Below, piece by piece: positions 52,996 through 57,721 of a stretch of DNA of 57,721 nucleotides (within the stretch, counting starts at the first letter, position 1; each line of letters opens with the position of its first letter). The DNA is from a virus (taxonomy: Duplodnaviria > Caudoviricetes), in the IMG/VR virus record IMGVR_UViG_3300030104_001324, positions 1 through 57,721 of that record; one strand, 5' to 3'. A program made the translations under genes and the position numbers. A model generated the notes under the pieces. The model did not search any database. It was not told the origin of the DNA and saw only the letters and a list, made by a program, of their open reading frames with translations.

Positions 52996-54542
52996 TGCCT
53001 GATATGTCACAGGTTCAACCTGTAGCATTTAACTGCGAAGGTGGACTAGTTCTAAACCGATCAACCTTTATGATGCAAGCAGGCGAAGCATTAGAATTGC
53101 AAAACTTTGAGCCTGATATTGAAGGTGGTTACAGAAGAATAAATGGTTATAGTAAGTACGTTAGTGCTATTGTTCCCTCTACAAGTTCTTCTAGTGAAAA
53201 AGTTTTAATGGTTGCAACTGTTGGTGATTCTGTACTAGCAGCCAGAGGAACAAAAATATATAGTGCTACTGCAGGCGGTTCTAGTTGGACGTTACAAGAT
53301 ACAAGATCTTCTACACCAAGTAAATACAGATTTGAAAGATTTAACTTTGAAAATTCAGATAAGTTAATTCTTGTTGATGGAGTAAATTATCCATCCGTAT
53401 TTACTGTTTCTGATCTTTCTCATGTAGATGTATCGACTGCTAGTGTTGAAGGTTCTAAGTTTGTCGCTGCTTTTAAAAACCACATGTTTTATGCAGGTAA
53501 GTCTAGTACACCTCAAACAATAGTATATAGTTCTGGAGGAAATGAAGATGATTTTGGTACAAGCGGAAGTCTTCCTTCTGGAAGTATAAATGTTGACGAT
53601 ACAATAACAGGTCTTAAAGTCTTTCGTGATAATTTATTTATATTCTGTCAAAATAGAATTTTTAAATTATCAGGTAGTAGTGGTGGCGGTTCAGGAGATT
53701 TTGCTATTACACCTGTTACGAGAAATATTGGATGTATTAATGGCGATACTATTCAAGAATTTGCAGGTGATTTAATATTCTTAGGACCAGATGGTTTACG
53801 TACCGTTGCAGGTACTGCTAGAATTGGTGACGTTGAACTAGGTACAATAAGTGCAAATGTTCAGTCTATATTTGATGATAACTTAGCTAGTGCTTCTGAG
53901 TTTGATAGCCTAGTTATACCAGATAAAACACAGTACCGTATATTTTTTACTAAGTCTAGCACAGGACAAAATATCACTAAAGGTGTTATGTGTGTTATGA
54001 AAGGGCAAAAGTTTGAGTTTGCCGAAATACGAGGAATAAAGCCTGCATGTACCGATAGTTTTGTAAAATCAGGGGATGTTATAGTTTTACATGGAGACTA
54101 CGCAAACGGATATGTATATAGGCAAGAATCTGGAAATGACTTTGATGGTACAGCTATTATGGCTAAGTACCGTAGCCCAGATTTAACATTTAATGATGCA
54201 GGTATTCGTAAACACATGCAACGAGTAGTTGTAAACTACGCACCTGAATCAACAATAGATGCTGACTTATTTTTACGATATGATTATGAATCAGCAGAAT
54301 CAGCAAGACCTGCAGCTTACGCACTAGACTCTGGTGATGTAGCTGCAATATACGGAACATCAACATACGGTACATCTTCTTCCTCGTTAGGAACTTATGG
54401 AGGTGCATCACAGCCGCTAGTAAGGCAGGCAGTAGAAGGATCAGGGTTTGCCGTAGCGTTAAGAGTAAATGATGGTGGTACAACTGCACCGTACTCACTC
54501 AAGGGTTTTCAGTTAGAATATCAAGTAGGAGCAAGAAGGTAA
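52995..54542 (+). CDS. Tail nozzle / tubular protein B (beta-propeller)
   Basis: GGL...NFE...GGYRRING start, IGC...IQE..GDLIFL..DG propeller motifs. Confidence 0.7.
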   Translation: MPDMSQVQPVAFNCEGGLVLNRSTFMMQAGEALELQNFEPDIEGGYRRINGYSKYVSAIVPSTSSSSEKVLMVATVGDSVLAARGTKIYSATAGGSSWTLQDTRSSTPSKYRFERFNFENSDKLILVDGVNYPSVFTVSDLSHVDVSTASVEGSKFVAAFKNHMFYAGKSSTPQTIVYSSGGNEDDFGTSGSLPSGSINVDDTITGLKVFRDNLFIFCQNRIFKLSGSSGGGSGDFAITPVTRNIGCINGDTIQEFAGDLIFLGPDGLRTVAGTARIGDVELGTISANVQSIFDDNLASASEFDSLVIPDKTQYRIFFTKSSTGQNITKGVMCVMKGQKFEFAEIRGIKPACTDSFVKSGDVIVLHGDYANGYVYRQESGNDFDGTAIMAKYRSPDLTFNDAGIRKHMQRVVVNYAPESTIDADLFLRYDYESAESARPAAYALDSGDVAAIYGTSTYGTSSSSLGTYGGASQPLVRQAVEGSGFAVALRVNDGGTTAPYSLKGFQLEYQVGARR

Positions 54543-57230
54543 ATGGGAGAAACGTACACAAGACAGTCTTCATACTCTGATGGAGATACAATAACAGCGG
54601 CACATACTAATGACGAGTTTAACCAGTTATTAGCAGCTTTTGCATCAAGTTCAGGACACACACACGATGGCACTACCGCAGAAGGTGGACCAATTACTAA
54701 GCTTCTTGGTAATACACTTACGTTTGGTGCAGGTACAGCAGGAACAGATATTACCATTACATTTGATGGAGAAACTACTGACGGTGTTCTTAAATGGATG
54801 GAAGATGAAGACTACTTTGAGTTTTCAGATGACATACTTGTAGCTTCTACAGAAAAGATACAATTCCGTGACACAGCTATATACATTAACTCTAGTGCAG
54901 ACGGACAGCTTGACTTAGTAGCTGACACAGAGATACAGATAGCTGCTACTACTATTGACATCAATGGTAATGTAGACATCTCAGGTACACTCACTATTGG
55001 TTCAGCAGGTATATCTGAAGCTGAACTAGAAGTGTTAGATGGACTAACAGTTTCAACCACAGAAGTAAATATACTTGACGGTGATACTACTGCTACATCT
55101 ACTACAGTCGCAGATGCAGACAGAGTAGTAATGAATGACAACGGCACTATGGTGCAAGTTGCTGTAACAGACTTAGCTGCATACTTTGACGATGAAATTA
55201 CAGCTATGCCTAACCTAACATCTGTAGGCACACTCTCCACACTCACAGTAGACAATGTAATAATTAACGGCACGACTATAGGACACACAAGTGACACAGA
55301 CTTGATGACCTTGACTAGTGGTGTAGTAACTGTTGCAGGTGAATTAGATGCGACAACTCTTGACATTTCAGGTAATGCCGATATTGATGGTACAACTAAC
55401 CTAGACGTTGTTGACATTGACGGTGCAGTACAGATTGACGCTACTGTAACTGTTGGTGAAGATGACACAGGTTACGATGTAAAATTCTTTGGTGATACAG
55501 CTTCAGCGTATATGCAATGGGATGCTTCTGCAGATGACCTTATACTAGGTGGTGCTGCAGGACTTGTAGTTCCTGAAAGTAAATTAACATTAGGTAGCAC
55601 TGCTGTTACAGCTACTGCTGCAGAGCTTAACTTACTTGATGGTGTATCTGGATTAGTACAAGCTGACTTTACTAAACTAGCAGCAGTTGATTCAACAGCA
55701 GCAGAACTTAACATTGTAGATGGAGGTACTTCTGCTACATCAACAACATTAGCAGACGCTGACAGAGTTGTAGTAAACGATAATGGAACAATGGTTCAGG
55801 TTGCTTTAACTGACTTTGAAACATACTTTGAGTCAGCTTTAGATACACTTTCTAATGTAACTACTGTTGGTGCATTAAATAGTGGTTCTATAACAAGTGG
55901 CTTTGGTACAATAGATACTGGGTCTTCTACAATAACAACTACAGGTCTTATCACAGGTGGCTCACTTGATATTGATGACGTTGTTATAAACGGCACAACT
56001 ATTGGTCATACTGATGATACAGATTTGATTACACTCACAGATGGTGTTGTTACTGTTGCAGGTGAAGTTGATGCAACAAGTTTAGATATTAGTGGCGATA
56101 TAGATGTTGATGGAACAACTAATTTAGATAATACAGATATAGATGGCACGTTAGTTGTAGATGGTTCTAATATATCATTGGACAGTACAACTACGTTAAA
56201 CATAGATAACTCTAATACATCTAATGGTATAACAATAGGAACAGCCACATCTGGTGTACCTATATCTATAGGGCATAGTACATCTGAAACTACAATAAAT
56301 GGCAATCTAACCGTATCAGGTACAACCACTACAGTAAATTCAACTACTGTAAATTTAAACGACCACAACATTATACTAGATAGCGGTAACAGTACGTCTG
56401 CTGTCATAAATGGTGCAGGTATTACAATAGAGGGTGGTAGTGGAGATGACGCTACATTTAGCTATAGTACAACTGGTCCTAAGTTTGAGCTAAAGTTAGG
56501 CTCTAGTTATGAAAGTTTACAAGTTGACCAACTTATTGCAGACTCATTAGATATAGAAAATGATGTAGATATTAATGGTACACTAGAAGCGGATGCTATA
56601 ACAGTTAATGGCACAGCACTTAATACCGTGATTGCAGGTGTAACAGTTACTAATGCAACAACAGCTGCAGTAGCAACAACAGTAACTATTAGTGATAATG
56701 AAAGCACAAACGAAGACAATGCTATTATCTTTACTGCAGGTGGAGATGTAGATGGTGGAAACATAGGATTAGAGTCAGATGGTGATTTAACTTACAATCC
56801 TAGCACAGGAAGGTTGACAGCGACACAATTATCTGGTACAATACAAACTGCAGCACAAACAAATATTACATCATTAGGTACATTATCTGCATTAACTGTT
56901 GACAATGTAGCAATAAATGGTACAACTATAGGTCACACAGATGATACAGACCTTATAACATTAGCAGATGGTATAGCAACAGTAGCAGGTGAACTTTCTG
57001 TAACTACCTTAGACATAGGTGGTACTAATGTAGCAGCTACTGCCGCAGAGTTAAACATAATGGACGGTGGAACAGCCGCTTCATCTACAACTCTTGCAGA
57101 TGCAGATAGATTAGTGACAAACGATAATGGAACAATGAAACAAGTAGCATTAACAGATGTGAAAACATATTTAACCAGTGCAGGGTTTTCTACTGATGAC
57201 CCAACGGCACTTGCGATTGCCCTTGGATAG
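54543..57230 (+). CDS. Long tail fibre with internal repeats
   Basis: N-terminal anchor (I.A...N.EFN...GHTHDG), T/D/G-rich repeated blocks, ends ALAIALG. Confidence 0.8.
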   Translation: MGETYTRQSSYSDGDTITAAHTNDEFNQLLAAFASSSGHTHDGTTAEGGPITKLLGNTLTFGAGTAGTDITITFDGETTDGVLKWMEDEDYFEFSDDILVASTEKIQFRDTAIYINSSADGQLDLVADTEIQIAATTIDINGNVDISGTLTIGSAGISEAELEVLDGLTVSTTEVNILDGDTTATSTTVADADRVVMNDNGTMVQVAVTDLAAYFDDEITAMPNLTSVGTLSTLTVDNVIINGTTIGHTSDTDLMTLTSGVVTVAGELDATTLDISGNADIDGTTNLDVVDIDGAVQIDATVTVGEDDTGYDVKFFGDTASAYMQWDASADDLILGGAAGLVVPESKLTLGSTAVTATAAELNLLDGVSGLVQADFTKLAAVDSTAAELNIVDGGTSATSTTLADADRVVVNDNGTMVQVALTDFETYFESALDTLSNVTTVGALNSGSITSGFGTIDTGSSTITTTGLITGGSLDIDDVVINGTTIGHTDDTDLITLTDGVVTVAGEVDATSLDISGDIDVDGTTNLDNTDIDGTLVVDGSNISLDSTTTLNIDNSNTSNGITIGTATSGVPISIGHSTSETTINGNLTVSGTTTTVNSTTVNLNDHNIILDSGNSTSAVINGAGITIEGGSGDDATFSYSTTGPKFELKLGSSYESLQVDQLIADSLDIENDVDINGTLEADAITVNGTALNTVIAGVTVTNATTAAVATTVTISDNESTNEDNAIIFTAGGDVDGGNIGLESDGDLTYNPSTGRLTATQLSGTIQTAAQTNITSLGTLSALTVDNVAINGTTIGHTDDTDLITLADGIATVAGELSVTTLDIGGTNVAATAAELNIMDGGTAASSTTLADADRLVTNDNGTMKQVALTDVKTYLTSAGFSTDDPTALAIALG

Positions 57231-57243
57231 TTAGGAGAAACAG

Positions 57244-57603
57244 ATGGCAAATACATTTAAAGTGGTGACATTCGCAGCAGAGCCAAATGCTGCAGGTACA
57301 CCCTACACAGTTTATACAACACCTTCAAGCACAACAACAGTTGTTATAGGTTTAATATTAACAAACATTCATACTTCTCAAGTAACAGCAGAAGTTGAGC
57401 TTGTTAGTGATACATCAGGAGGAGGCAGAGGAGCTACAAATGGCACAGCTTTCTTAGCTAAAGATGTACCTATACCTGTAGGAGCTTCATTAGAACTATT
57501 GTCAGGTGGTAAGGTTATACTAGAAACTACGGATATACTAAAAATTGACTGTAGCGTAGCAGATAAACTGTCTGGAGCATTAAGCATCATGGAGATAACA
57601 TAA
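57244..57603 (+). CDS. Tail-fibre-associated small protein
   Basis: MANTFK...KVILETTD.L...SIMEIT, directly after the fibre. Confidence 0.6.
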   Translation: MANTFKVVTFAAEPNAAGTPYTVYTTPSSTTTVVIGLILTNIHTSQVTAEVELVSDTSGGGRGATNGTAFLAKDVPIPVGASLELLSGGKVILETTDILKIDCSVADKLSGALSIMEIT

Positions 57604-57721
57604 TATGCCCTATATTGGAGTAGAACCAGAGTCTAACTTTCAGACTGCTCCTGCTGTTGTCAGGTTTAGTGGTGATGGTTCAGACACAACCTTTGCACTA
57701 GGCAGAACTATTGGCTCTGTG
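57556..57721 (+). repeat. Terminal direct repeat, right copy
   Basis: Identical to bases 1-166. Confidence 0.95.

Noticed and set aside
54521-57590. Long antisense ORFs opposite the tail fibre, and similar shadow ORFs genome-wide
   Set aside because: They mirror the codon bias of the real genes, lack SDs and motifs, and oppose the operon direction.
1-57721. tRNA genes, a phage RNA polymerase or an alternative genetic code
   Set aside because: No cloverleaf or T-loop signature noticed in the intergenic gaps, no T7-like RNAP ORF, and standard-code ORFs tile the genome.

Overview
This window is an apparently complete, circularly assembled genome of a marine podovirus-type tailed phage. It has 57,555 bp of unique sequence; bases 1-166 are repeated exactly at 57556-57721. 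The layout matches the HMO-2011-type / RCA-roseophage group, with a probable alphaproteobacterial host: a family A DNA polymerase carrying a DnaJ-type CxxCxGxG zinc-finger insert, a class II RNR, MazG, a tyrosine recombinase inside the replication operon, and no phage RNA polymerase. Two arms diverge from a non-coding region at about 34.2-35.1 kb. The minus arm (34.2 to 15.1 kb) holds early and replication genes. The plus arm (35.1 kb through the junction to 15.1 kb) holds small basic proteins, lysis, terminase, portal, scaffold, capsid, tail, a modular tail-fibre cassette and internal virion proteins. Best leads: (1) seven exact copies of the 14-bp palindrome GTCCAAGCTTGGAC, only in the early arm, in all three reading frames, densest near the putative genome end, next to a candidate DNA-binding first early gene; (2) a recurring [F/Y/M/L]-x-x-G-G peptide tag on many late proteins, plus a domain resembling the lambda tape-measure C-terminus in the gene between portal and scaffold, suggesting a tag-and-process or capsid-loading system; (3) several very small host-like genes (DUF1127, ArfA-like and zf-CHCC, all missed by the ORF track, plus an Rmf-like gene) and a probable ATA start codon. 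All family assignments come from motif recognition by eye, with no database search.
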